From Candidatus Saccharimonadota bacterium (GTDB lineage: Bacteria > Patescibacteriota > Saccharimonadia > Saccharimonadales > Saccharimonadaceae), in the NCBI GenBank assembly GCA_001897305.1, contig MKSO01000001.1, forward strand, positions 30,001 to 62,000: 32,000 nucleotides of DNA. Direction: 5' to 3'. The notes beneath the pieces are model-generated. The model ran no database searches. It was given only the letters and a program-made list of their open reading frames with translations, and was not told the DNA's origin. Made by a program: the position numbers and the translations under genes. Below are positions 24,398 through 32,000 of the stretch, in pieces (position 1 is the stretch's first letter; every line of letters begins with the position of its first letter).

Positions 24398-25182
24398 TAT
24401 TTGGTTCCTTTACTTTTCTTGCTCTTGGTACGCTTCGTAGTTTTACCGAGAGGCTTTTTTTCGGTGACGGGCTTCACGACAGGAAGCTGGAAGGTGTCGG
24501 TATCGATGCGGCCATCAAGCATGGTAATTACCCTGCTGGCGTAGGTAGTCAGGTTAGGGTTGTGGGTGACCATAATAATAGTATTACCCTTTTTATGCAG
24601 GTCGGAGAGTTCTTCCATAATAATGTGACTAGCGTGTGAATCAAGGTTACCTGTGGGTTCGTCGGCCAGAATAATAGAAGGTTCATTTACTAATGCCCGG
24701 GCAATAGCTACGCGCTGCATTTGTCCACCTGACAACTGGTTGGGCATATAAAACTCACGCTCGCCTAAGTGAAAATCGTGTAGTATTTTGCTGGCCATTT
24801 TTATGCGTTTCAATTTTGGAATACCCTTATATATAAGGGGTAGCGCGACGTTATCAATAACAGTCAGCCGCGAGATAAGGTTAAAACTTTGAAATACAAA
24901 GCCAATTTGATCACTACGAATACGGGCCTGCCGACGTTGGCTGAGAGAGCCGATTTCGCGTCCATTTAATTCGTAGTCACCCTCAATGTCGCGATCAAGT
25001 AGGCCGAGAATATTGAGAAGTGTTGTTTTACCGCACCCGCTTGGTCCCATAATGGCAATAAATTCGCCTTGTTCAATAGAAAGATCAACGCCATCGAGGG
25101 CATAATGTTCTGCATCACCTACGCCAAAACGTTTGCGGAGTTCTTTCAATACAATAACGGGTGGAATGTGGGTTTTTGTCAT
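24397..25182 (-). CDS. ABC transporter ATP-binding protein (MacB/LolD-like) with Lys-rich C-terminal tail
   Basis: Start at ATG 25182 (MTKTHIPPV...). Walker [10 protein letters not shown], signature [15 protein letters not shown], Walker B IILADEPT. The stop shares 1 nt with the permease ATG. Confidence 0.9.
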   Translation of the reverse strand: MTKTHIPPVIVLKELRKRFGVGDAEHYALDGVDLSIEQGEFIAIMGPSGCGKTTLLNILGLLDRDIEGDYELNGREIGSLSQRRQARIRSDQIGFVFQSFNLISRLTVIDNVALPLIYKGIPKLKRIKMASKILHDFHLGEREFYMPNQLSGGQMQRVAIARALVNEPSIILADEPTGNLDSHASHIIMEELSDLHKKGNTIIMVTHNPNLTTYASRVITMLDGRIDTDTFQLPVVKPVTEKKPLGKTTKRTKSKKSKGTK

Positions 25183-25264
25183 TGCATATAGTATGAGAGG
25201 AAATTGACAGATAGGCAACAGGGGATGTGCCGTGGAAATCACAATAGTATACAATAGAAAGCCT

Positions 25265-25356
25265 GGAGGAGTGGCCGAGTGGTTGAAGGCGCACGCTTGG
25301 AAAGCGTGTGTATGCAGCAATGTGTACCGTGAGTTCGAATCTCATCTCCTCCGCCA
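25265..25356 (+). tRNA. tRNA-Ser (anticodon GGA), CCA encoded
   Basis: Acceptor GGAGGAG/CTCCTCC, anticodon stem CACGC/GCGTG with loop TTGGAAA, long variable arm, T-loop TTCGAAT. Confidence 0.9.
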
Positions 25357-25369
25357 AGACAGTATTTTA

Positions 25370-25394
25370 ACAGTCGGAACATCCGACTGTTTTT
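25370..25394 (+). terminator. Intrinsic terminator after tRNA-Ser(GGA)
   Basis: ACAGTCGGA-aca-TCCGACTGT followed by TTTT. Confidence 0.7.
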
Positions 25395-25432
25395 CTATAT
25401 GCACCAAAAGCTTTAAACCAGCTTAAGCGGTA

Positions 25433-25441
25433 TGGTATGCT
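25433..25441 (+). promoter_or_regulatory. Extended -10 TGgTATGCT, 6 nt before ATG 25448 (leaderless-type)
   Basis: TGGTATGCT-tggcct-ATG. No SD. Confidence 0.5.
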
Positions 25442-25447
25442 TGGCCT

Positions 25448-27892
25448 ATGGTTAAGAACTGGAAAAGCGGCTTTACGCTGGTTGAAGTTATTATAGTTAT
25501 TGTCATTATTGGTATCCTTGCTACGATTTCAGCCCTAGGGATTAATAGCTTTCTTGCGCAATCTCGTGATGGAAAGCGTCTTGCAAGTGTTACTACAATT
25601 AGCGAGGGCCTTGAAAAGTACTTTAACCAAAATGGTGAGTACCCAAGTTGTTCAGTTTTATCAACAAACGCCGCGGCTATATTTGGTGATATTAGTAGTG
25701 ATGCCTTAGCTGCGCCACGCGACACTGCAACTAACTCCCTAGACTGCAGCACGCTCACCTTGACTGGGCGCGACTTTTACCAGTACCAGGGTGACGGAAG
25801 TGTTACGTGCCAAGAAGGTTTGGCGTGTCTTACGTACAAGTTGCTATATCGAAGCGAGTCGGAAAAAAAGTTAGTTGAAATTAACAGTCGTCGAAGCGTT
25901 TCTATCTCAACGTCGGGCATTCCTGATATTTCGGCAAGGGGCACGAGCTTTGATAAAATTACGGCTGGTTGGAATGCGGTCCTGAATGCGACGGGGTATA
26001 CGCTTCAGGTTTCAAAAAATGCCTCTTTTACTAACATCGTAGAAACAAAATCTATTCAAGCGTATTCTTGGGTGGCAAGCGGGCTTTCGTATGACACGAC
26101 ATACTATTTCCGAGTTCGGGCAGAATCAGCAACGGGTAGCGGGCAGTGGTCGGCTACTGCAACCGCTGACACAAAAGCACTTACTCAACCAACGGGCTTA
26201 GTGGCGAACGCACAGAGCTTTACGCAAATAAATACCTCGTGGAATGCTGTGTCGGGTGCGACGGGATATCAGCTTCAAGTGGCGAAAAACGCAGCGTTTA
26301 GCGATAGTTTACAAACACTTACCTCTACGGGTACTTCTACAAACGTAACTGCGCTTTCGTACAATACCGCTTACTACTTTAGGGTGAGGGCTACGTGGAT
26401 TAGTAATACTGGCCCATGGTCGAGTGTTATTAGTGAGGTAACAAATTCACTAGCTGCTCCTCAGTCGCTTATGGCAAGCGCCGATAGTAAGACGCAAGCG
26501 ACCGCTACGTGGAAGGCGGTAACTGGCGCTACTAGCTACCAGCTCGATAGGTCAACCACGAATACATTTACTTCAGGGACGACTACTTCTATAACAGACA
26601 TCACTTCTGTTTCTCGTGCTATTACGGGATTGTCCCCTGGTGTCACGTACTATTTACGCGTTAAGGCTGTGTGGAGTGGTAACAGTAGCTCGTGGTCTAA
26701 TGTAGCAAACGTTACAACATATCCGGCTAATCCAACCAACGTTGCTTTGACGGCGTCTATGAGTGGTACAAATGCCGTTGGGCAAGCTAGTGCCGATTGC
26801 TCCGTTGGGCAAGTACGCTATCAATTTAGTACGATGAGCACAAACACCTCTACTGATGGTACTTACGCCACTGGGAGTTGGACGGCCGCTGATACAAGTA
26901 CAAAACCTGCCTCTCAAGGCTATAAATATGGTTTTAAAGTCTCAGCAAAATGTGTGGATGGCTCACGGGAGAGTGACGAAGTAGCGGTAGGCCCTAAGAC
27001 GACGGTACGGCCAATTAATGCGCCTGGGAAGCCAACCATTTCTAAGTCTGCATCTGGAACCCATGGTGCAGCCGATACTGTAACGTGGTCGTGGGCTTCG
27101 AGTTGTCCTAGCGGAACATCTACGAAATATTCTAGTGCATACTACCGCGACGACAGTACTGGATGGAGGGGTTGGACTGATAAGGGCACGGCGACCTCGC
27201 AAGCCCAAACAACAGCACTTCAGGGGTGGCAGTATGCCGTTAAGGCGAAGCTTACGTGTTTCACACCGTACGACACATCCGATAGCCCCGAAAGTGACTC
27301 CGTAAGCTATATACGAGACGTGGACCGACCTGCTAAACCAACTGGCTTTCATGTAGAGCGCAAGGATATGGGTCGCTACGATTCTGGTATGGCTTACTGG
27401 GACGGTGTTCCTACGTGTGGTACTGGGCTTAAGCGAGTGTTCCGGACATATAATCAGAATGCGCATATTATTGACAATGCCGGTGTTGGTCAAGCAAGCG
27501 CGGGCGCCTTCACGATTTGGATATTCATGACCGATGCATCAACCCCAAGAGATGAGAGTTTGTTTATTGGTGCTGATGGCGCGATGCGTCAGTCGTATAT
27601 GTGGAAAACAGCCTGGGAGGACAAGCTTCAATCAGTGTATCGTGGTGGCTATGATAATTTTAATCCATCGAGTTGGGAGCGCTCTAACCCGACTACAGAA
27701 GGCAATACAGCATGGCTTGACTGGGCCCCTTCGGCGAGTTCGCGTGCTTGGATTGTTGATACACCATCCGCGTCATATGGGGAGTCTCACCTTAAACAAC
27801 TTCGTGTCTATATTCGCTATGCCTGCTACAACGATACGACGAAACGCTATGCTGGCGGAGAACCAGGTATGAGTATTTATCAGTACTTCTAA
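25448..27892 (+). CDS. Giant modular type IV pilin: prepilin N-terminus plus pilin head, 3 FN3 repeats, 2 Cys-bridged beta-sandwich-like modules and a Trp-rich C-terminal domain
   Basis: Class III signal MVKNWKSG|FTLVEVIIVIVIIGILATI (Gly-1, Phe+1, Glu+5). Three ~90-aa repeats share W(N/K)AV.GATGYQLQ...(L)S..T.YYFRV(R/K)A...S.WS. Confidence 0.85.
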   Translation: MVKNWKSGFTLVEVIIVIVIIGILATISALGINSFLAQSRDGKRLASVTTISEGLEKYFNQNGEYPSCSVLSTNAAAIFGDISSDALAAPRDTATNSLDCSTLTLTGRDFYQYQGDGSVTCQEGLACLTYKLLYRSESEKKLVEINSRRSVSISTSGIPDISARGTSFDKITAGWNAVLNATGYTLQVSKNASFTNIVETKSIQAYSWVASGLSYDTTYYFRVRAESATGSGQWSATATADTKALTQPTGLVANAQSFTQINTSWNAVSGATGYQLQVAKNAAFSDSLQTLTSTGTSTNVTALSYNTAYYFRVRATWISNTGPWSSVISEVTNSLAAPQSLMASADSKTQATATWKAVTGATSYQLDRSTTNTFTSGTTTSITDITSVSRAITGLSPGVTYYLRVKAVWSGNSSSWSNVANVTTYPANPTNVALTASMSGTNAVGQASADCSVGQVRYQFSTMSTNTSTDGTYATGSWTAADTSTKPASQGYKYGFKVSAKCVDGSRESDEVAVGPKTTVRPINAPGKPTISKSASGTHGAADTVTWSWASSCPSGTSTKYSSAYYRDDSTGWRGWTDKGTATSQAQTTALQGWQYAVKAKLTCFTPYDTSDSPESDSVSYIRDVDRPAKPTGFHVERKDMGRYDSGMAYWDGVPTCGTGLKRVFRTYNQNAHIIDNAGVGQASAGAFTIWIFMTDASTPRDESLFIGADGAMRQSYMWKTAWEDKLQSVYRGGYDNFNPSSWERSNPTTEGNTAWLDWAPSASSRAWIVDTPSASYGESHLKQLRVYIRYACYNDTTKRYAGGEPGMSIYQYF
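25916..26719 (+). repeat. Three tandem FN3-like coding repeats (aa 157-424 of the pilin)
   Basis: Repeat cores: ITAGWNAVLNATGYTLQVSK...YYFRVRAESATGSGQWS; INTSWNAVSGATGYQLQVAK...YYFRVRATWISNTGPWS; ATATWKAVTGATSYQLDRST...YYLRVKAVWSGNSSSWS. The DNA copies are well diverged. Confidence 0.8.
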
Positions 27893-27898
27893 AAAGGA

Positions 27899-28315
27899 AT
27901 GCATATGAGTAAAAAGAAAGTCATATATATCATTGGAAGTATCGTCGGGGTTATCCTGCTTGTTGGTATCGGCTTTATAGCAGTCTCGCTGTATAAAACG
28001 CATAATACCCAGGACGGTAATGGGGCGCAGCAATCTGATAACAAAAAAATCGACAGCTTGGTTCGTGAGTCGGATGACTTAATGGCGAGGGGTGATAAAG
28101 ACGGAGCGATTAACCGTCTTGAGGAGGCCCAGAAGGTAACGAAAGAGTCGGGCGACAAAGATAAGCAGTGGGACATAGAGGTGCGTCTAGACTATGCTAA
28201 GAACACCGATGTGCCTGCCATAGACATGCCAAAAGGTGATTACGCGCCTGTGGCTACAGACCCCTCCCAGCAGGGCGCAAGAACTGATACGGAAACGCAG
28301 ATTCGTAAGGAGTAA
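27899..28315 (+). CDS. Small bitopic membrane protein, charged extracytoplasmic/helical tail
   Basis: 138-aa ORF. TM VIYIIGSIVGVILLVGIGFIAVSLY. SD-like AAAGGAA. Starts 7 nt after the pilin stop. Confidence 0.65.
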   Translation: MHMSKKKVIYIIGSIVGVILLVGIGFIAVSLYKTHNTQDGNGAQQSDNKKIDSLVRESDDLMARGDKDGAINRLEEAQKVTKESGDKDKQWDIEVRLDYAKNTDVPAIDMPKGDYAPVATDPSQQGARTDTETQIRKE

Positions 28316-28349
28316 TTTCTCGTCGGTTTATACTGCTAGCGCGGACATG

Positions 28350-28355
28350 TATAAT
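28350..28355 (+). promoter_or_regulatory. -10 box TATAAT, 7 nt before ATG 28363 (leaderless-type)
   Basis: TATAAT-agggaat-ATG. Confidence 0.4.
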
Positions 28356-28362
28356 AGGGAAT

Positions 28363-28707
28363 ATGAATAGTAAATCACGCGTACTTATAACCATCCTTAG
28401 CATTTTAATAGTAATCGGCGTTGCTGCTGCGGCCTTTTTTGTCTATAAGGGCCTCACTACAGACCCAAAGGGTGTTGAGCAAACCACTCAATCGACAAGC
28501 CCAGAAGGATCAACAAGCACGCCTACTGAAGGTACTTCAGGTGGTGCGGCAACCGAGACGACCACTACTAACTCTGATGGTAGTGTTACAACCAAAAAAT
28601 CTGACGGTAGTTCCGTAACTGTCAAAGATGCAACCAACGGGTACGAAGAGGTTACTACCGTTGATGTATCTGGTAAGTCATCCACGGTCCTTCGTCCAAA
28701 GCAATAG
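28363..28707 (+). CDS. Small bitopic membrane protein with Ser/Thr/Gly-rich ectodomain
   Basis: 114-aa ORF. TM VLITILSILIVIGVAAAAFFVY. Followed by a terminator. Confidence 0.65.
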   Translation: MNSKSRVLITILSILIVIGVAAAAFFVYKGLTTDPKGVEQTTQSTSPEGSTSTPTEGTSGGAATETTTTNSDGSVTTKKSDGSSVTVKDATNGYEEVTTVDVSGKSSTVLRPKQ

Positions 28708-28722
28708 TCGGATACACCACAT

Positions 28723-28757
28723 ATAGCGTTGTAAAAAACAAACACAACGCTATTTTT
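28723..28757 (+). terminator. Intrinsic terminator
   Basis: ATAGCGTTGT-N11-ACAACGCTAT followed by TTTT. Confidence 0.65.
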
Positions 28758-28817
28758 GTGTTTACAGAGGTGAACATAAGCAGTATGGCGATGTGGTCAA
28801 AAAAACCCGCCAAAATG

Positions 28818-28846
28818 CTTGAAAAACCACATGTAGGGGCCTATAG
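28818..28846 (+). promoter_or_regulatory. Candidate nrd promoter TTGAAA-17 nt-TATAGT
   Basis: Hexamers and 17-nt spacing read directly. It predicts a 5' UTR of about 157 nt before ATG 29010. Confidence 0.45.
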
Positions 28847-28868
28847 TCATTCTCAAGCACTACATGTC
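28826..28868 (+). promoter_or_regulatory. Two ACATGT-centred 10-bp near-palindromes (cCACATGTAG, CTACATGTcG), 33 bp centre-to-centre, flanking the -10 box
   Basis: Each is 9/10 to the perfect palindrome CTACATGTAG. Site 2 also lies within the 17-bp palindrome CACTAC-atgtc-GTAGTG (28857-28873). Confidence 0.35.
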
Positions 28869-29009
28869 GTAGTGATAACAAAACAGACATATGCAAGGGG
28901 AATAACTGTTACGCTCCGGCGGTTTTTTTCTTGCACCTCTTACCTAAAGAGAGGGTACACCTGGGGAGGTGTGAAAAACATTCAATAAAGGAGCAGGGGA
29001 AATAGGGGA

Positions 29010-31409
29010 ATGACAAACATTTCAGTGGTCAAGCGCGATGGAACACGCGAACCATTTGACGCCAATAAAATTAACTTGGCGCTTGTAAAGGCAAGTCAGG
29101 GCCTTGATGATCAAATTTCTAAGGTGGTAGAAGTTGCTTCACAGCTACAGCTCACACTATTTGACGGTATTACTTCAGAACAGCTAGACGAAGCGGTTAT
29201 CCAGACAGCTCTACAGAACGTTAAGGACGACCCAGACTACGATAAGATCGCTGCACGTTTGCTGCTGAAGACACTGTATAAGAATATTCTTGGTGACTAC
29301 GACACAGATAAAGACCTAAAGAAGCTACACGAAAAGAACTTCGCGGGCTATTTAAAGGCTGCGGTAAAAGACGGCTTGTTGGACACTCGATTAGTTGATG
29401 GCCGTTTCGACCTTGCAGTGCTCGCAAAGGCACTTGATCCAACCAAAGACGATCTATCAAAATATCTTGGAGTTATTACAAACAAAAACCGTTACGCGCT
29501 CCGCAAGGGTAGTGGTGAGCCAATTGAGGTTCCACAATATACTCACATGCGTATTGCTATGGGCTTGGCGATTAATGCCGAGAACCCAACCGAGGCTGCA
29601 CTCGACTTTTATACGCACATGAGTAACCTCGACTATGTACCTGGTGGTTCAACTCGTGTAAATGCCGGAGGCGCTTTCCCTCAGCTTTCAAACTGTTTCC
29701 TTATTAACGTTGATGACGACATGGAGTCGATTGCCCGTAGTGTCCGTGACACGATGTTTATCGCAAAAGGTACGGGCGGTATTGGTATTGGCTTTACTAA
29801 ACTTCGCGCAGCCGGTAGCCCTGTTAAAACTACCAACACCGAGAGTACAGGCCCAATTCCATTCATGAAAATGATTGACACTGCTTTGTTTGCGGTGAGT
29901 CGTAAAGGTAAAAAAGCTGGTGCAGCTGCTATGTACATGGAAAACTGGCACCTCAACTTCCCACAATTCCTAGATCTTAAAGCGAACTCGGGTGATCCAT
30001 ACCTCCGTACGCGTTTTGCTGACACGGCAACCTTTATTAGTGACGAGTTTATGCGTCGCGTTGAAAAAGATGCCGACTGGTACTTGTTTGACCCAGCCGA
30101 GGTTATGGACCTTACTGAACTATATGGTGACGAGTTTGCGAAGCGCTATAACGAATACGTAAAACTAGCCGAAGCCGGTAAAATTCGTCGCTTTGAAAAA
30201 ACATCGGCTCGTCAACAGTTCCGCCAGATTCTTATTCAGCTTCAGGCTACTAGCCACCCATGGCTTACTTGGAAGGACACCATTAACGTCCGTGCGCTGA
30301 ACAACAATACCGGTACTATCCACTTATCTAACCTTTGTACCGAGATTACGTTACCACAGGACAACGAGAACATCGCTGTCTGTAACCTTGTGAGTATCAA
30401 CCTTTCAGCACACCTAAACGAGGATGGCACTTGGGACTGGAGGCGCCTGGAAGAAAGCTCAAGGAGCGCAATTCGCCAGCTCGACAACTTGGTAGATATT
30501 ACTGAATTACCAGTACCACAGGCGATGAACGCTAATAAGCAAACCCGTGCTTTGGGCCTCGGTTTTATGGGCTTCACTGATGTTATCGAGAAACTTGGCT
30601 ACAGCTACGAATCTGAAGAGGCGTATGCCTTGGTGGACCAACTGGCTGAATACATTAGTTACTATGCAATTGATGAGTCGGCTGAACTAGCAAAGAAGCT
30701 CGGTACCTACCCAGCGTTTAAGGGTAGTGGGTGGAGTAAGGGTATTCTGCCAATTGACACCATTGACCAATTGGCTGAAAATCGTAAGGTAAAAGTGAAA
30801 ATCGACCGCAAGCAGCGCCTCGATTGGGACAAACTTCGCACTAAGGTAAAGAAGGGTATGCGTAACGCGACACTTATGGCAATTGCACCAACCGCAAACA
30901 TTGCCCACATTGCCGGTACTACTCCTGGTCTTGATCCTCAGTTCTCACAGATCTTTAGCCGTTCAACCTTGAATGGTAAGTTCCTTGAAGTGAACACGAA
31001 CCTTGTGAAGGACTTGAAGTCGCTTGGTATCTGGGACGAGGTTAAAGACGAGTTGCTTATTAACCAAGGTGATATCCAGGGTATCGAAGCAATTCCACAA
31101 CACCTAAAAGATGTCTACAAGACAAGTTTCCAGTTGTCGCCATACGCCTTCATTGAAGTTGCTGCCCGGGCGCAAAAGTGGGTTGACCAAGCCATTAGCC
31201 GTAATATGTACCTTGAAACTCGCGACATTGATGAGTACGAGAAAATTTACCTTGAAGCGTGGAAGCGCGGTCTCAAGACGACTTACTATCTGCACGTGAA
31301 GCCGCGTCACCAGTCCGAGCAAACGACCGTGAAGTCTAACAAGGCCGAAAAGATCCAACAACAAGATGGACGCAAGGTTGGCTTCGGTTTTTCAAGGATA
31401 GCTAAGTAA
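29010..31409 (+). CDS. nrdA: Ribonucleoside-diphosphate reductase, class I alpha subunit, with N-terminal ATP-cone
   Basis: ATP-cone VVKRDGTREPFDANKI. Active-site LSNCFLI, SNLCTEITLP (N-x-C-x-E) and AVCNL. Radical-transfer pair TTYYLH. An R2 gene lies downstream. Confidence 0.9.
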   Translation: MTNISVVKRDGTREPFDANKINLALVKASQGLDDQISKVVEVASQLQLTLFDGITSEQLDEAVIQTALQNVKDDPDYDKIAARLLLKTLYKNILGDYDTDKDLKKLHEKNFAGYLKAAVKDGLLDTRLVDGRFDLAVLAKALDPTKDDLSKYLGVITNKNRYALRKGSGEPIEVPQYTHMRIAMGLAINAENPTEAALDFYTHMSNLDYVPGGSTRVNAGGAFPQLSNCFLINVDDDMESIARSVRDTMFIAKGTGGIGIGFTKLRAAGSPVKTTNTESTGPIPFMKMIDTALFAVSRKGKKAGAAAMYMENWHLNFPQFLDLKANSGDPYLRTRFADTATFISDEFMRRVEKDADWYLFDPAEVMDLTELYGDEFAKRYNEYVKLAEAGKIRRFEKTSARQQFRQILIQLQATSHPWLTWKDTINVRALNNNTGTIHLSNLCTEITLPQDNENIAVCNLVSINLSAHLNEDGTWDWRRLEESSRSAIRQLDNLVDITELPVPQAMNANKQTRALGLGFMGFTDVIEKLGYSYESEEAYALVDQLAEYISYYAIDESAELAKKLGTYPAFKGSGWSKGILPIDTIDQLAENRKVKVKIDRKQRLDWDKLRTKVKKGMRNATLMAIAPTANIAHIAGTTPGLDPQFSQIFSRSTLNGKFLEVNTNLVKDLKSLGIWDEVKDELLINQGDIQGIEAIPQHLKDVYKTSFQLSPYAFIEVAARAQKWVDQAISRNMYLETRDIDEYEKIYLEAWKRGLKTTYYLHVKPRHQSEQTTVKSNKAEKIQQQDGRKVGFGFSRIAK

Positions 31410-31430
31410 CGCAACTAAAGGAGGTGTGCG

Positions 31431-31706
31431 ATGGCAATAAAAACAAGCATCATACCGCATCAAACAAAAGAAGAGTTTGATGATAAGGATCGCGAAGAGA
31501 TCCATCGCATCATCTCTGAGTTGCGCCACGACTATTTAGAACGGCATACCGAAGCGCTGGCAGACTATAACAAGATAGCCAGAGAAGCGAACCGGAAGTT
31601 GCACGAAGTCGACCGGCTAGAAAAGCACCTAAAGCGAATCGATGACTTTTGTAAAGAAAATAATATCCCACTCGTAAGTGTGACACAGGAAGGAAATAAG
31701 GAGTAG
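31431..31706 (+). CDS. 91-aa charged helical protein of unknown function between nrdA and nrdB
   Basis: Strong SD AAAGGAGGTG 4 nt upstream of the ATG. The stop lies 3 nt before the nrdB ATG. No CxxC, and no flavodoxin-like length. Confidence 0.65.
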   Translation: MAIKTSIIPHQTKEEFDDKDREEIHRIISELRHDYLERHTEALADYNKIAREANRKLHEVDRLEKHLKRIDDFCKENNIPLVSVTQEGNKE

Positions 31707-31709
31707 ATC

Positions 31710-32000
31710 ATGACAAACACGACCAAACAAGCAGACGACGCAATTGACCACCCAACCGGTATTCTTGGACAAGGCTTACGAGACGGGTTGCAGCTTAAAC
31801 CAATCCGTTACCAGTGGGCATACGACCTGTACAACCAGGCCGTAGCCAACACTTGGTTTCCAAACGAAGTACAGCTCGTGCGCGACTTGGCTGACTTTGA
31901 AAAGCTTACCGACGACGAGAAGCACGCTCTAAAAACGGTTATTAGCTACCTTAACCCTAACGAGCTCCTTATTAATAAGTCACTCGCTTTTGGGATTTAC
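31710..32000 (+). CDS. nrdB: Ribonucleoside-diphosphate reductase, class I beta subunit (R2), partial (continues right of the window)
   Basis: Not in the ORF track because it has no stop in the window. Hand translation gives MTNTTKQADDAIDHPTGILGQGLRDGLQLKPIRYQWAYDLYNQAVANTWFPNEVQLVRDLADFEKLTDDEKHALKTVISYLNPNELL..., a typical R2 N-terminal region. SD AAGGAG. Confidence 0.8.
   Translation, partial: MTNTTKQADDAIDHPTGILGQGLRDGLQLKPIRYQWAYDLYNQAVANTWFPNEVQLVRDLADFEKLTDDEKHALKTVISYLNPNELLINKSLAFGIY

Noticed and set aside
25448-27892. Diversity-generating retroelement target or phase-variable repeats in the giant pilin.
   Set aside because: There is no reverse transcriptase and no template repeat in the window. 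The FN3 repeats are diverged at the DNA level, and there is no homopolymer or short tandem tract in the 5' region.
28714-28729. NrdR-box-like 16-mer ACACCACATATAGCGT (13/16 to the consensus as I remember it).
   Set aside because: It overlaps the 5' arm of the terminator of the preceding gene, lies about 290 bp upstream of nrdA and has no partner box at the expected 31-32 bp spacing.
28758-28988. 76-aa GTG-initiated ORF in the nrdA upstream region.
   Set aside because: It spans the predicted nrd promoter and leader, has no SD, and its Arg/Lys/aromatic-rich translation has no domain features.

Overview
Gene-dense 32-kb fragment with about 36 CDS, 5 tRNA genes, no rRNA, no CRISPR array and no recognisable transposase, integrase or phage gene. 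G+C is mid-40s % by eye. Housekeeping genes recognised from motifs: valS, tsaD, rlmH, a HIT protein, murE, two FemAB-type transferases, a PGI/PMI-type SIS isomerase, a MacB-type ABC pair, hsp20, comF-like, a Crp/Fnr regulator and class I RNR nrdA/nrdB. The accessory content is cell-surface biased. It includes six small two-TM VirB2/TrbC-like 'T4SS-pilin' paralogues, an 814-aa modular type IV pilin with FN3 repeats, a membrane-anchored SGNH hydrolase and several bitopic proteins. The content and compact layout resemble a reduced Patescibacteria/CPR genome (Saccharibacteria-like). That assignment is inference from memory, not a search result. Observations most worth a second look: (1) a ~300-bp islet of ~67 % G+C at 2886-3186 carrying a self-contained 63-aa hyper-basic gene with ~94 % GC3 and a GC-only hairpin, which looks like an un-ameliorated transfer from a high-GC donor; (2) the pilin-like gene array; (3) the giant modular type IV pilin; (4) a recurrent (TGn)TAnnnT-N6-8-ATG architecture implying widespread leaderless mRNAs; (5) all four tRNA-Ser isoacceptors within 19 kb, plus a duplicated tRNA 5' half; (6) a twin 12-bp palindrome in the valS leader; (7) an nrd operon with an unknown 91-aa ORF between nrdA and nrdB, and an NrdA tail without the usual cysteine pair. 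All family calls rest on motifs read by eye. No database search was possible.
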